A DNA stretch of 64,000 nucleotides from positions 1,664,001 to 1,728,000 of the forward strand of contig OY759729.1 of NCBI GenBank assembly GCA_963662585.1, read 5' to 3'. Shown here piece by piece: positions 9,594-19,179 of this stretch. The notes beneath the pieces are model-generated. The model made no database searches. It was not told where the DNA came from and saw nothing but the letters and a program-made list of their open reading frames with translations. Source of the stretch: Candidatus Cloacimonadales bacterium (GTDB lineage: Bacteria; Cloacimonadota; Cloacimonadia; Cloacimonadales; JAFGVF01). Made by a program: the position numbers and the translations under genes. The stretch's first letter is position 1; the number at the start of each line of letters is the position of its first letter.

Positions 9594-10322
9594 TTATATT
9601 CTAAGACTCTCTTCCGCTTTAATTAAATCTTCTGGAGTGTCAATTCCGATTCCTCTATAATTAGTCTCAATCATTTTAATTTTATAACCATTTTCTAGAA
9701 ATCTTAATTGTTCTAATTTTTCGATTTCCTCTAACTTGCCCATAGGAAGATTAACAAATTCCAAAAGCGCTTCTTTTGTGTAAGCATATACTCCTACATG
9801 TTTATAATAACTAACACCTGATATATTATCTCTATTAAAAGGTATAGGAGAGCGAGAAAAGTAAAGGGCATGGTTATTTCTTCCACAAACGACTTTAACA
9901 TTGTTAGGATTATTAATATCAGCTATAGAATCTAACTTGTGCATTAATGAGGCAACGCTGATAGATTTGTCCTCAAAAGCCTGAATTAGCTCTGCAAGTG
10001 GTTCTGTTTTAATAAAGGGTTCATCACCCTGAACATTAATAATTAAGTCAAAATCACGCTCTTTTACGACTTCAGCAATTCTATCGCTACCGCTTTGATG
10101 TTTTTCAGAAGTTAAGACACACTCTGCTCCAAACTCTTTTACTCTTTTTTCAATAATCTCATTATCTGTAGCAATAATTACTGGCAAATTCAGGGCTTGC
10201 ACAGCTTCATAAACATGCTGAATAATTGGTTTATTCGCTAGAGAGACTAAGGGTTTTCCTGGGAAACGAGTTGAGGCAAATCTTGCTGGAATTACTATAA
10301 GAGCTTTGAGAATATTAGACAT
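9594..10322 (-). CDS. kdsB: 3-deoxy-manno-octulosonate cytidylyltransferase
   Basis: IPARFASTRFPGKPL, HQSGSDR, INVQGDEP, EKLEQLR; start moved to ATG 10322. Confidence 0.95.
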   Translation of the reverse strand: MSNILKALIVIPARFASTRFPGKPLVSLANKPIIQHVYEAVQALNLPVIIATDNEIIEKRVKEFGAECVLTSEKHQSGSDRIAEVVKERDFDLIINVQGDEPFIKTEPLAELIQAFEDKSISVASLMHKLDSIADINNPNNVKVVCGRNNHALYFSRSPIPFNRDNISGVSYYKHVGVYAYTKEALLEFVNLPMGKLEEIEKLEQLRFLENGYKIKMIETNYRGIGIDTPEDLIKAEESLRI

Positions 10323-10324
10323 AA

Positions 10325-11161
10325 TTAATCCTTTATCTTTAACTCTTGGACTTGATATTTTGGTTGCCACTTAATTTCTACAAAGGCATCATAAATATGT
10401 CCATTGGGAAGTTTTCTTAAAACCACTGAATTACGAGTATTTCTCATCTTTTCAATAATTAAAGAAGCATCGATTTCAACAAATTTTTCAATATATTGAT
10501 GGCTACTAATAATTGCAGCTGTTACATGAGATTTAACACCTTTGATTAAGTTATAAACAGCTTCATTATAGGCATTATTGTAAGCTGTAGCTAAATCTAC
10601 AGCAGATGATTTCCCACAAGCAAATAAGCAGTTATCCTTATTAAAATAGGCATTCTCAAGATACCAAAGAGGCTCTCTGTTAGAGATTGAGTGAGATTTA
10701 TCTAAGTAAAAATCACAAGCATTCTCTCCTACTAAAGCAATTGTCATTCCTTTTATTTCAGATTTATCTAGTATTTTTGTATTAGTATAATATCTTTTAA
10801 GCTCAGGAATATCACTTGCTACTTGAAGTTTAAAGTCTGAAAGGATAGGGCTTACTGTTGATTGGTTTTCTTTCATTTTTAATTTTGCTATAACAATAGC
10901 TGACTTGTTTCTATTAGCAAAAACAGAAGCATTCGCTTTAATGGTAGAATCTGATACTTCAGGATTGTAGCTATTGGATGCTGCAATTCCTATGGCAATT
11001 CCTTCTTCTTGAGGCATATTCATAAACCAATTAGGCAACAATAATTCTTCAAATTTTTGGTTAGAAGAATCTAGTCCTAAGTTGTCATCATTAATAATTC
11101 CTTTTTGAGAGGAGCAGGAAATTAAAACAAGCATAAGAAAAAAAAGTGTAAAATTTTTCAT
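10325..11161 (-). CDS. lipoprotein (LPP20-like)
   Basis: Signal peptide with LISC lipobox; two PxW-containing repeats. Confidence 0.6.
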   Translation of the reverse strand: MKNFTLFFLMLVLISCSSQKGIINDDNLGLDSSNQKFEELLLPNWFMNMPQEEGIAIGIAASNSYNPEVSDSTIKANASVFANRNKSAIVIAKLKMKENQSTVSPILSDFKLQVASDIPELKRYYTNTKILDKSEIKGMTIALVGENACDFYLDKSHSISNREPLWYLENAYFNKDNCLFACGKSSAVDLATAYNNAYNEAVYNLIKGVKSHVTAAIISSHQYIEKFVEIDASLIIEKMRNTRNSVVLRKLPNGHIYDAFVEIKWQPKYQVQELKIKD

Positions 11162-11164
11162 TTG

Positions 11165-13000
11165 TTATCCTTTATGGTAATATTTTTTTAAATAGACTAA
11201 TAATGATGATACATCTGTGAAGTTAACTCCAGGAATCCTAGACATTTGACCTATATTGGTAGGTTTTATTTTAGCTAATTTTTCTCTAGCTTCATAAGCA
11301 ATAGAATCAATACTCATAAAGTCGATATCATCTGGAATTTTCTGATTTTGAACATTTTCAAATTTATCAATATCTGCTAATTGACGCTTTAAATAACCTT
11401 CATATTTACATTCTAAAGAAACTCTTTCTGCCACATCTTCAGGTATAGGTGTAGGGAATTTAAAACCAAACTTAGCTAAATCAGAGAAGGCTATATCAGG
11501 TCTTTTTAATAATTTTATAAACTTTATAGGTTCTTTTACACCATCTATTGCTAGGCAATTAGCATTACTAAGAGCTGTGATTACCTTTTCTTTTAATTCT
11601 TGATTTTGGGTGAATCTTCGCCAGCGTTCATCTGAAATTAATCCTAATTTATGTCCAAGAGGCATTAGCCTTTCATCAGCATTATCTTGTCTTAAGAAAA
11701 GACGATACTCAGCTCTTGAAGTGAACATTCTATATGGTTCATTAGTTCCTTTAGTAACTAAATCATCCAAGAGTACACCAATATATGACTTAGATCTATC
11801 AAAGTGTAAAGGATCACTTCCATTTAGGGAAAGTACAGCATTTATACCAGCTGCGATTCCTTGTGCTGCAGCTTCTTCATAACCTGAAGTTCCGTTGATC
11901 TGCCCAGCTAAATAGAGTCCTGAAATATTTTTAGTCTCCATAGTTGATTTAATAGCAGAAGGAATAACGAAATCATATTCAATGGCATAAGCATAACGAA
12001 TTAATTTAGCTTTTTCTAATCCTGAAATGGAATGAAGTACTTCGAGCTGAACATCAGGAGGAAGAGAATTACTAACTCCATTAACATAAGCTTCATAAGT
12101 ATCTGTTCCTTCGGGTTCAATAAAGACATGATGTTGATTTTTTTCAGAGAATTTAACAATTTTATCTTCTATAGAAGGACAGTAGCGAGGACCAATACCT
12201 GATATTTGCCCACCATAAAGTGCTGATTTCTGTAAGTTTTGCTGAATAATCTCATGAGTCCTAGGATTAGTATGGGTTAACCAACAATCTACTAGATTCT
12301 TAATTTTAATATCGCGATAGAAAGAGAATCCGGTTGGATTATCATCACCTGGCTGTATTTCTAATTTTGAATAATCTATGGTTCTTAGATCTATTCTTGC
12401 TGGAGTGCCTGTTTTGAATCGTGCTAAGTTAAGTCCTAATTTTGTTAGAGAAGCAGAGAGTTCATTAGAAGCAGGTTCACCTGAGCGTCCACCAGAATAT
12501 CGTTTGTGTCCTATATGGATTGTTCCTTTCAAGAAAGTACCATTAGCTAGAATAACTTTTGGAGCTTTATAAATATAACCAATATGGGATTTTACTCCAG
12601 TAACTCTATTTTGTGAATCAACGAAAATTTCAGAGATATTATCTTCTATAATCTGGATATTGGGTTGATTCTCAAGATGATTTCTCATTATTTTAGAGTA
12701 GAGATCACGATCATTTTGAGAACGAGGAGCCCACACAGCTGGACCTTTCTTCTTATTCAACATTCTAAATTGAATACCACTTAAGTCAGTAACATAGCCA
12801 ATTTCTCCACCCAGTGCATCAATTTCACGAGCTAAGTGGCCTTTAGCAGGACCTCCCACTGAGGGGTTACATGACATTCTACCAATACTCTCTAACTTTA
12901 TCACAAAAATCGCTGTATTTGCCCCCATTCTGGCAGCTGCAAAAGCAGCTTCTACACCTGCATGACCGGCACCTACAACAATTACATCGAAATTTTGCAT
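11165..13000 (-). CDS. mnmG: tRNA uridine-5-carboxymethylaminomethyl modification enzyme
   Basis: GAGHAG, MSCNPSVGG, RFKTGTP, GPRYCPSIEDK, GQINGTSGYEEAAAQG; start ATG 13000 with RBS. Confidence 0.97.
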   Translation of the reverse strand: MQNFDVIVVGAGHAGVEAAFAAARMGANTAIFVIKLESIGRMSCNPSVGGPAKGHLAREIDALGGEIGYVTDLSGIQFRMLNKKKGPAVWAPRSQNDRDLYSKIMRNHLENQPNIQIIEDNISEIFVDSQNRVTGVKSHIGYIYKAPKVILANGTFLKGTIHIGHKRYSGGRSGEPASNELSASLTKLGLNLARFKTGTPARIDLRTIDYSKLEIQPGDDNPTGFSFYRDIKIKNLVDCWLTHTNPRTHEIIQQNLQKSALYGGQISGIGPRYCPSIEDKIVKFSEKNQHHVFIEPEGTDTYEAYVNGVSNSLPPDVQLEVLHSISGLEKAKLIRYAYAIEYDFVIPSAIKSTMETKNISGLYLAGQINGTSGYEEAAAQGIAAGINAVLSLNGSDPLHFDRSKSYIGVLLDDLVTKGTNEPYRMFTSRAEYRLFLRQDNADERLMPLGHKLGLISDERWRRFTQNQELKEKVITALSNANCLAIDGVKEPIKFIKLLKRPDIAFSDLAKFGFKFPTPIPEDVAERVSLECKYEGYLKRQLADIDKFENVQNQKIPDDIDFMSIDSIAYEAREKLAKIKPTNIGQMSRIPGVNFTDVSSLLVYLKKYYHKG

Positions 13001-13010
13001 GTTATTCCTT

Positions 13011-13619
13011 CTAAAATAATAATTTCTCAATCCAGTTGGTTACTTTATCAATTCCTACTTTTTTGATTGAAGAAAAGGGGATTACCTCAACAGTAGCTAA
13101 GTCAAACTCCTTTTTAATCCTAGCAATCTCTTTAGGAATAGTAGTCTTTTTTATTTTATCACACTTGGTAGCAATAAAGCAAAAAGGGATCTTAGATTCA
13201 ACTAATAAATCTTTCATTAACATATCTTTAGGGTCTGCTTTTCTTCTAATATCTACCAATAAAGCAATACCTTTAAGCTGATATCTTTCAGTAAAATAAG
13301 TAGAAATCATTCTTCTCCATGAATTACGCTCATCTTGAGAGACTTTTGCGAATCCATAGCCTGGTAAATCGCAAATGTTAAAGAAACCTGACTCTTCACT
13401 ATTATCAAGTTTTACTCTTATTTGAAAAGTATTCAGAAGACGAGTTTTACCTGGTTTACCAGATGTTTTTGCTAAAAGCTTACGATTTGTTATCGTATTT
13501 ATCAGAGTAGATTTACCTACATTTGATCTACCTGCAAAAGCTATTTCACCAAAGACAGTTTCAGGGTAATCTTTAGGATAAACAGCACTCTTTACAAATT
13601 GGGATTCAACAATTCTCAT
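13011..13619 (-). CDS. engB: ribosome biogenesis GTP-binding protein YihA/YsxC
   Basis: GRSNVGKS, PGKT, DLPGYG, TKCDK; start ATG 13619. Confidence 0.95.
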   Translation of the reverse strand: MRIVESQFVKSAVYPKDYPETVFGEIAFAGRSNVGKSTLINTITNRKLLAKTSGKPGKTRLLNTFQIRVKLDNSEESGFFNICDLPGYGFAKVSQDERNSWRRMISTYFTERYQLKGIALLVDIRRKADPKDMLMKDLLVESKIPFCFIATKCDKIKKTTIPKEIARIKKEFDLATVEVIPFSSIKKVGIDKVTNWIEKLLF

Positions 13620-13621
13620 AG

Positions 13622-13990
13622 TTATTCTGAGTAAATTAATGAAGATTTCTCGGATTCCCAAACTTCAATTTCATGAACACTACAGCCTTCAATATTTACC
13701 ATACCTTTAAGTTTAGTATAAAGATATTTAGCAATATTTTCTGAGGTTGGATTAATCTCAGTAAAGGGTTCAATAGTGTTTAAGTGTTTGTGGTCAAGTT
13801 CTTCCATTAAAATATCTAACCACTTCTTAGCTACTGTAAAATCTACAGCCATACCTAATTCATCGATCGTCTCGCAGTTTAAACAAATTCTTACCTTCCA
13901 GTTATGACCGTGAATATTCTTACACAATCCAGGATACTCTCTAAGGTTATGAGCAGCTGAAAAGTGAGAAGTTACATTTATTTTATACAT
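13622..13990 (-). CDS. queD: 6-carboxytetrahydropterin synthase
   Basis: FSAAH, CKNIHGHNW, LDHKHLN, PTSENIA, WES. Confidence 0.93.
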   Translation of the reverse strand: MYKINVTSHFSAAHNLREYPGLCKNIHGHNWKVRICLNCETIDELGMAVDFTVAKKWLDILMEELDHKHLNTIEPFTEINPTSENIAKYLYTKLKGMVNIEGCSVHEIEVWESEKSSLIYSE

Positions 13991-14031
13991 ATATTATCTC
14001 CTCTATAAAATTTTAATTATAAGTAAATTAC

Positions 14032-14059
14032 ATAATACTAAACATAGCTCTTGTGTCAA
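14032..14059 (-). promoter_or_regulatory. sigma70-type promoter of the queD-engB-mnmG operon
   Basis: TTGACA-N16-TATTAT on minus strand, ~40 nt upstream of queD. Confidence 0.55.
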
Positions 14060-14091
14060 TACAAAAGTGAGCTGGCCAAAGAGAGCTGAAA

Positions 14092-14119
14092 AAGAGGGAA
14101 AGTACTTACTCTCCCTCTT
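14092..14119 (-). terminator. intrinsic terminator
   Basis: AAGAGGGA/TCCCTCTT stem followed by T-run, downstream of the hydrolase gene. Confidence 0.6.
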
Positions 14120-14146
14120 ATAAAGCTTTGTCAGAAATTTGCTTAT

Positions 14147-15439
14147 TTATTCCATACTTAAGATAAATCTAGCTATATCAGCAACTACTTCTTCAGAGAC
14201 AAAACCAGGTTTCAAGTACTCTTGAGGTTTAGATTGACCTTCTCCTGTCATGAAAAGATGATTAAGGTCAGCATAAGATTGGAATTTCCAGTTACTTGAT
14301 TTTCCAAAACTAGTTTTCCAAATATTAAAGTCTTCCATGGTTACTTGATAATCTCTTTCTCCTTGAAGAACTAACATTGGCTCTGTAACAGCTTTGGCCT
14401 CATTAAGTAGTTCATATTTGTTAAGAGAAAGCCAATACGCTTTAGATAAACCTAAAAGAAGTGGTTCCTCAACTTTGGATTTCATCTTCGTAATTTTCTT
14501 AACTTCAGCTACACCTTTTTTGGTTAGGGCTAAACTTAACTGATTAATATCTCCGGTTTGAGCCATAATGTATTCGGTTTGTTCCAAGACTAAGTCTTCC
14601 AATGGTCTAGCATTAGCAGCTAACATCACCCCAGCTTTAAGTTCAGTGTTTGTATTCATAATTCTAGGAGCCATAAAAGCACCCATACTATGGCCTAGGA
14701 AATAGAGATTTCTACCCTGATATTTTTCGGAAAGGAAATTAATAGCTGCATCAATTTCTTCTGTATATTCATTATCAATATCAAAATTTGGCAGGTCGGC
14801 AAGAAGGCTTGCATGAGTTAATGTCCTTTTGTCATAGCGTAAAGTTGCAACACCTAAAGTAGCAAGTCCCTGGGCTAAATTCTTAAATGGTCTATTAGCA
14901 CCAATTTTCTCATCTCTATCGTTTGGACCTGAACCTGTAGCCATAATAACTATGGGAAAACTTCTTTGATTTTTGGGAATAATTAAAGTACCATACATTT
15001 TATAGCCTTGGCAATCAAACTCTACCTCTTCTGCAATAAACTGTGTACTATCAACATAAGCAGGAATCTGTTCTAAATCACCTGTATATTGGGAAGGACG
15101 GAAGAAAAGTCCTGATATTTGTTCATCCTTATTGGCTGTCATAACCATATCCATATAGACATTTTCAAATTTGAGTGTAGATACTACTGAATAGAAATCT
15201 TCTCGATCTTCTCTTTTGCTTTCAACAACCACTTCAAAATCACCTGTATTACGAATAAGTCCTTTCCAAACAAATTCTAGTTTTCCTTTTTGAAGTGCCT
15301 CTGCTAGTTCAGGACTGTAATATCCTTCAGCTTTTTCAAATTTAGCTGAAGTAATTGCTTCTACAAAGTCATCAGTTACATCAGCAGATAAGAAAGTTAT
15401 TCCACTAAGAAGTAATGCCAAGATTATTAATATTTTCAT
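14147..15439 (-). CDS. secreted alpha/beta hydrolase with DUF3887-like N-terminus
   Basis: Signal peptide; GSGPNDRD, LRYDKR, GHSMG nucleophile, QGERDYQV, LNHLF. Confidence 0.85.
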   Translation of the reverse strand: MKILIILALLLSGITFLSADVTDDFVEAITSAKFEKAEGYYSPELAEALQKGKLEFVWKGLIRNTGDFEVVVESKREDREDFYSVVSTLKFENVYMDMVMTANKDEQISGLFFRPSQYTGDLEQIPAYVDSTQFIAEEVEFDCQGYKMYGTLIIPKNQRSFPIVIMATGSGPNDRDEKIGANRPFKNLAQGLATLGVATLRYDKRTLTHASLLADLPNFDIDNEYTEEIDAAINFLSEKYQGRNLYFLGHSMGAFMAPRIMNTNTELKAGVMLAANARPLEDLVLEQTEYIMAQTGDINQLSLALTKKGVAEVKKITKMKSKVEEPLLLGLSKAYWLSLNKYELLNEAKAVTEPMLVLQGERDYQVTMEDFNIWKTSFGKSSNWKFQSYADLNHLFMTGEGQSKPQEYLKPGFVSEEVVADIARFILSME

Positions 15440-15560
15440 TGTTTTTTCCTTTTATCTTTCATAGTTTAAAGCGATGTTTAACATTAAAATAATTTTACTA
15501 ATTCTGTCAATTTATAGTATTTACAAAGCAGTTAGCTTAAGGGCTTTATGATAAAAAGAA

Positions 15561-15578
15561 TCCCCCTAAAGAGGGGGA
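15561..15578 (-). terminator. intrinsic terminator of glnA
   Basis: TCCCCCT/AGGGGGA stem followed by TTCTTTTT on minus strand. Confidence 0.65.
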
Positions 15579-15610
15579 CATAAAGCTTTATTTCATTTAT
15601 TTAAGCAAGA

Positions 15611-17044
15611 TTACACATTATAATATAAAGCCATTTCCATAGGGTGAGGTCTATTATTAACTTCAGTAATCTCTTTGCGTTTAAGAGCGATAAATGAATC
15701 TATAAGTTCTTTATTGAATACATCTCCAGCTAAAAGATATTCATGATCTTCTTCTAAAGCCTTTAAAGCACCTTCTAGGTTTTCTGGAACTGATTCAATA
15801 GTAGCTTTTTTATCTTCAGACCAATTGAAAACATTATCATCGAATGGTCCAAAGTTATATCCTTTACCATCTAATTTCTTGTTAATTCCATCGAGTCCAG
15901 CAAGTAATAAAGCAGACATAGCAAGGTATGGATTACAGGTTGCATCACCTGTACGATACTCGAATCTCTTAGTCTCTTCAGTAGTAGCATATTTAGGGAT
16001 TCTGATAGCAGCAGATCTATTTGCTAAGCCAAAGAAAAGCTTAGTTGGAGCTTCGAAACCTGGTAATAATCTCTTATAAGAGTTAGTACTTGGATTTGTA
16101 AGAGCAGCAAGAGAGCGACCGTGTAAAAGGATACCTCTCATAAACCAGATAGCTTCATCAGAAAGGTCAGCATAGCCACCTTTATTCCAGAAGATATTTT
16201 TGCCATTCTTTTTAAGCATCATGTGGAAGTGCATTCCGTTACCAGCTTCGTTATAAACAGGTTTAGGCATGAAAGTTGCAGTTAATCCATTCTCTAAAGA
16301 AACTCTTCTAATGATATCTTTAATCACTTTTGTATCATCACAAGCTTTTGGGAAAGCTAATAATTCAGTTTCAATCTCTTGTTGAGAAGAGAGTCCCACT
16401 TCATGGTGATTATATCTAACATCGATATTAAGACTTTCAATAATTTCACACATTTGTAGGCGAAGACCATAGAATCTATCATGAGGGTTATCCATATGAT
16501 AACCTTTAGTGTGAGATTGGGCTAAGCCGTTATAATCAGAACAATCTTTAGGGAAACATTGTTTATCTTCGGATGAGGATATTTCGCAACTAACATTGAA
16601 GTTAGAATTACTATATTTAATATCATCAAAAATGTGGAATTCAAATTCAGGAATCCAGTATGCTGTATCAGCAATACCAGTTGATTCTAAGTACTTCTGA
16701 GCTCTTAAAGCAACACTTCTTGGGTCTTTTTTAACACCAATTCTTGTGTCTGCATCGCAGATTGAGCAGATAATTCTAAGCACTTTGCCATCAAATTCAT
16801 AGTCTTGAATAGGATCGATATGAGCTGTTGAGAGGTCTGGCATAAGAACCATATCACCTGATTCAACTGCTTTCATTCCGGGGATACTTGAACCATCAAA
16901 AGGAACACCTAATTCTATAACATTCTCTAATCTAGCTGCAGGGAAGGATATATGATACCATTTTCCTTCTAAACCAGCGTATTTTAAATCTACTGCTTTG
17001 ATTTCTTTAGAATCAATCATCTCTTGAATTTTTTTTAAATCCAT
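15611..17044 (-). CDS. glnA: glutamine synthetase type I
   Basis: FDGSSI, HHEVG, ATFMPKP, GNGMHFH, NSYKRLLPGFEAP, NRSAAIRIP, RFEYR. Confidence 0.95.
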   Translation of the reverse strand: MDLKKIQEMIDSKEIKAVDLKYAGLEGKWYHISFPAARLENVIELGVPFDGSSIPGMKAVESGDMVLMPDLSTAHIDPIQDYEFDGKVLRIICSICDADTRIGVKKDPRSVALRAQKYLESTGIADTAYWIPEFEFHIFDDIKYSNSNFNVSCEISSSEDKQCFPKDCSDYNGLAQSHTKGYHMDNPHDRFYGLRLQMCEIIESLNIDVRYNHHEVGLSSQQEIETELLAFPKACDDTKVIKDIIRRVSLENGLTATFMPKPVYNEAGNGMHFHMMLKKNGKNIFWNKGGYADLSDEAIWFMRGILLHGRSLAALTNPSTNSYKRLLPGFEAPTKLFFGLANRSAAIRIPKYATTEETKRFEYRTGDATCNPYLAMSALLLAGLDGINKKLDGKGYNFGPFDDNVFNWSEDKKATIESVPENLEGALKALEEDHEYLLAGDVFNKELIDSFIALKRKEITEVNNRPHPMEMALYYNV

Positions 17045-17113
17045 TTTTTCTCCTCAGAATTACCGAAATAATTCCTTTATCTTTATTTTTTTATTTTACT
17101 TTTTATTGCTCAA

Positions 17114-17776
17114 TTATATTAAGGCATTTATCAACTGGGCAAAAAATCCCCAGACAATTTGGAAAGGTTTATTAATTATTAAACCGATAATTGAGACATT
17201 CATAACAGAACCTAATACTAAAGCACCAAGAATTATATACATACCATAGCGTTCTAACTTGGAGTATTTAAGGTAACTTTCATCAGAAAGAAAAGCTCCA
17301 ACTATCCTAGAACCATCTAATGGTGGTACAGGAATTAAGTTAAATAGAGCAAGAAAGATGTTAACCTGCATAGTTAATTTGAGAACATCAAAGACTCTTA
17401 CTGAAGCACTTAGGCCTGATTTAGCCAAGATAACATATACTATTGCTAAAATAAAAGTAATAGCAAAATTGGCTAAGGGACCAGCAGCACCAGTTATTCC
17501 CATCCCTTTTTTATAATCTTTAAAGTTATAGGGATTGATAGGAACTGGTTTAGCATATCCGAAAGCGAATCCAGCTGTCATGAATAGTATTATTGGTAAA
17601 AGAATAGTACCAAAAATATCTACATGATTAAGTGGGTTAAGTGATAGTCTTCCGGATCTTTTAGCTGTATCATCACCTAATAAATATGCTGCGTAGCCAT
17701 GACTAATCTCGTGAATAACAATAGACATAAAGATGAAGAAAAAAGCTAACACTTGGGTTGTAAAATCTAAATTCAT
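17114..17776 (-). CDS. site-2 protease family (M50) membrane metalloprotease
   Basis: HEISH, AAGPLAN, FNLIPVPPLDG. Confidence 0.92.
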   Translation of the reverse strand: MNLDFTTQVLAFFFIFMSIVIHEISHGYAAYLLGDDTAKRSGRLSLNPLNHVDIFGTILLPIILFMTAGFAFGYAKPVPINPYNFKDYKKGMGITGAAGPLANFAITFILAIVYVILAKSGLSASVRVFDVLKLTMQVNIFLALFNLIPVPPLDGSRIVGAFLSDESYLKYSKLERYGMYIILGALVLGSVMNVSIIGLIINKPFQIVWGFFAQLINALI

Positions 17777-17793
17777 AATTTAACCCTACTTTT

Positions 17794-18996
17794 CTATTTT
17801 TTGGTTATTTTGGCAAATCTGCGTTTTCCTACTTTAATTACTAACTCTTCGGCAAGGTCAATTTCTAAGTCAGGATCTGTAATTTTTTCGTTATTGATAG
17901 ATACTGCATTTTGCTTAAGCATTCTTTTAGCTTCACCATTGCTTTGGCATAACTTAGTATCTGTAAGAAGTTTAATAATCCATACTTTATCTTCACTGAA
18001 ACTAAACTCTTCAATATCATCAGGAATATTACCCTTAGCAAAAACAGAATTAAAGGCTTCTTCTTCTGCTTGTCCTGCTTCTGCCCCGTGATAAATTGTT
18101 ACAAGTTCACGAGCTAATAGCTGTTTTAAAATTTTAGGGTTTTCACCTGCTTTTAATCTATCTTCAACAGATTTAATCTCTTCGTCGGAGTAGTTTGTAG
18201 CATAAGTGAAGTAATTGATTATCAAATTATCTGGAATAGACATAACTTTTCCATACTTGTCTTTAGGGCTATCAAAGACAGCAATATAATTATTGAGTGA
18301 TTTCCCCATCTTATTTACGCCGTCAGTTCCCATTAAAATAGGAGACATAATAGCCACTTGCTCTTCTTGGTTATGGTAGCGTTGCATATCTCTACCAGCA
18401 AGTAAGTTGAACTTCTGTTCGGTTGCACCTAATTCAATATCAGATTCTATTGCTACTGAATCATAGCCTTGTAAAATCGGATACATAATCTCATGCATTC
18501 CTAAAGGAAGTCCCTTTTCATATCTTTTACGAAAAGTATCATGAGCTAGGAATTGAGCTAAAGTAAATTTGCCCATTAGTCTTATAACATCAGCCATGCC
18601 CATATCACCGAACCATTCTGATTGAAATCTAACTTCTGTTTTATCTTTATCCAAGACTGTATAGAGCTGATCCATATATTTTTCACAGTTTATCATTATT
18701 TGTTCTTTAGTTAAAGGAGGACGAGTTTCGTTTTTACCAGTAGGGTCTCCAATTTGAGCAGTGAAATCACCAATAATGATTACTCCTATATGTCCTAAAT
18801 CCTGAAATTGTCTCATTTTTTTAATTGGAACTAAATGACCAATATGTACTTCAGATCCAGTTGGGTCTATGCCATATTTTATTCTCAGAGGTTTACCTGT
18901 CTTGGCTGATTTCTTTAATTTTGCCACTAATTGCTCTTCAGGAACTATTTCCTCAACACCTTTTTTTAGCAATTTTGTTTGTTCTTCTATTGTCAT
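17794..18996 (-). CDS. tyrS: tyrosine--tRNA ligase
   Basis: GIDPT, HIGH, QGYD, KMGKS, C-terminal S4 domain. Confidence 0.97.
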   Translation of the reverse strand: MTIEEQTKLLKKGVEEIVPEEQLVAKLKKSAKTGKPLRIKYGIDPTGSEVHIGHLVPIKKMRQFQDLGHIGVIIIGDFTAQIGDPTGKNETRPPLTKEQIMINCEKYMDQLYTVLDKDKTEVRFQSEWFGDMGMADVIRLMGKFTLAQFLAHDTFRKRYEKGLPLGMHEIMYPILQGYDSVAIESDIELGATEQKFNLLAGRDMQRYHNQEEQVAIMSPILMGTDGVNKMGKSLNNYIAVFDSPKDKYGKVMSIPDNLIINYFTYATNYSDEEIKSVEDRLKAGENPKILKQLLARELVTIYHGAEAGQAEEEAFNSVFAKGNIPDDIEEFSFSEDKVWIIKLLTDTKLCQSNGEAKRMLKQNAVSINNEKITDPDLEIDLAEELVIKVGKRRFAKITKK

Positions 18997-19179
18997 TTTA
19001 TTTACCTCTTTTTCTTATCTAAGATATTGCGATATTTTACTAACTGCATCATTTAAAAAGCCTTTTTTTAAGTCAAGGGAAAAGTGATATTTTGCTATAG
19101 ATAGAGAGCTTGATACTTGATAAAAGTAGTTAGTGTGAAATTAGGCTTGATTTTGTAAAATAAAAAGGTAGTTTTATAC

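Noticed and set aside
13991..14100. preQ1 riboswitch upstream of queD
   Set aside because: The leader is short and AT-rich with no preQ1 consensus; only a sigma70 promoter is visible
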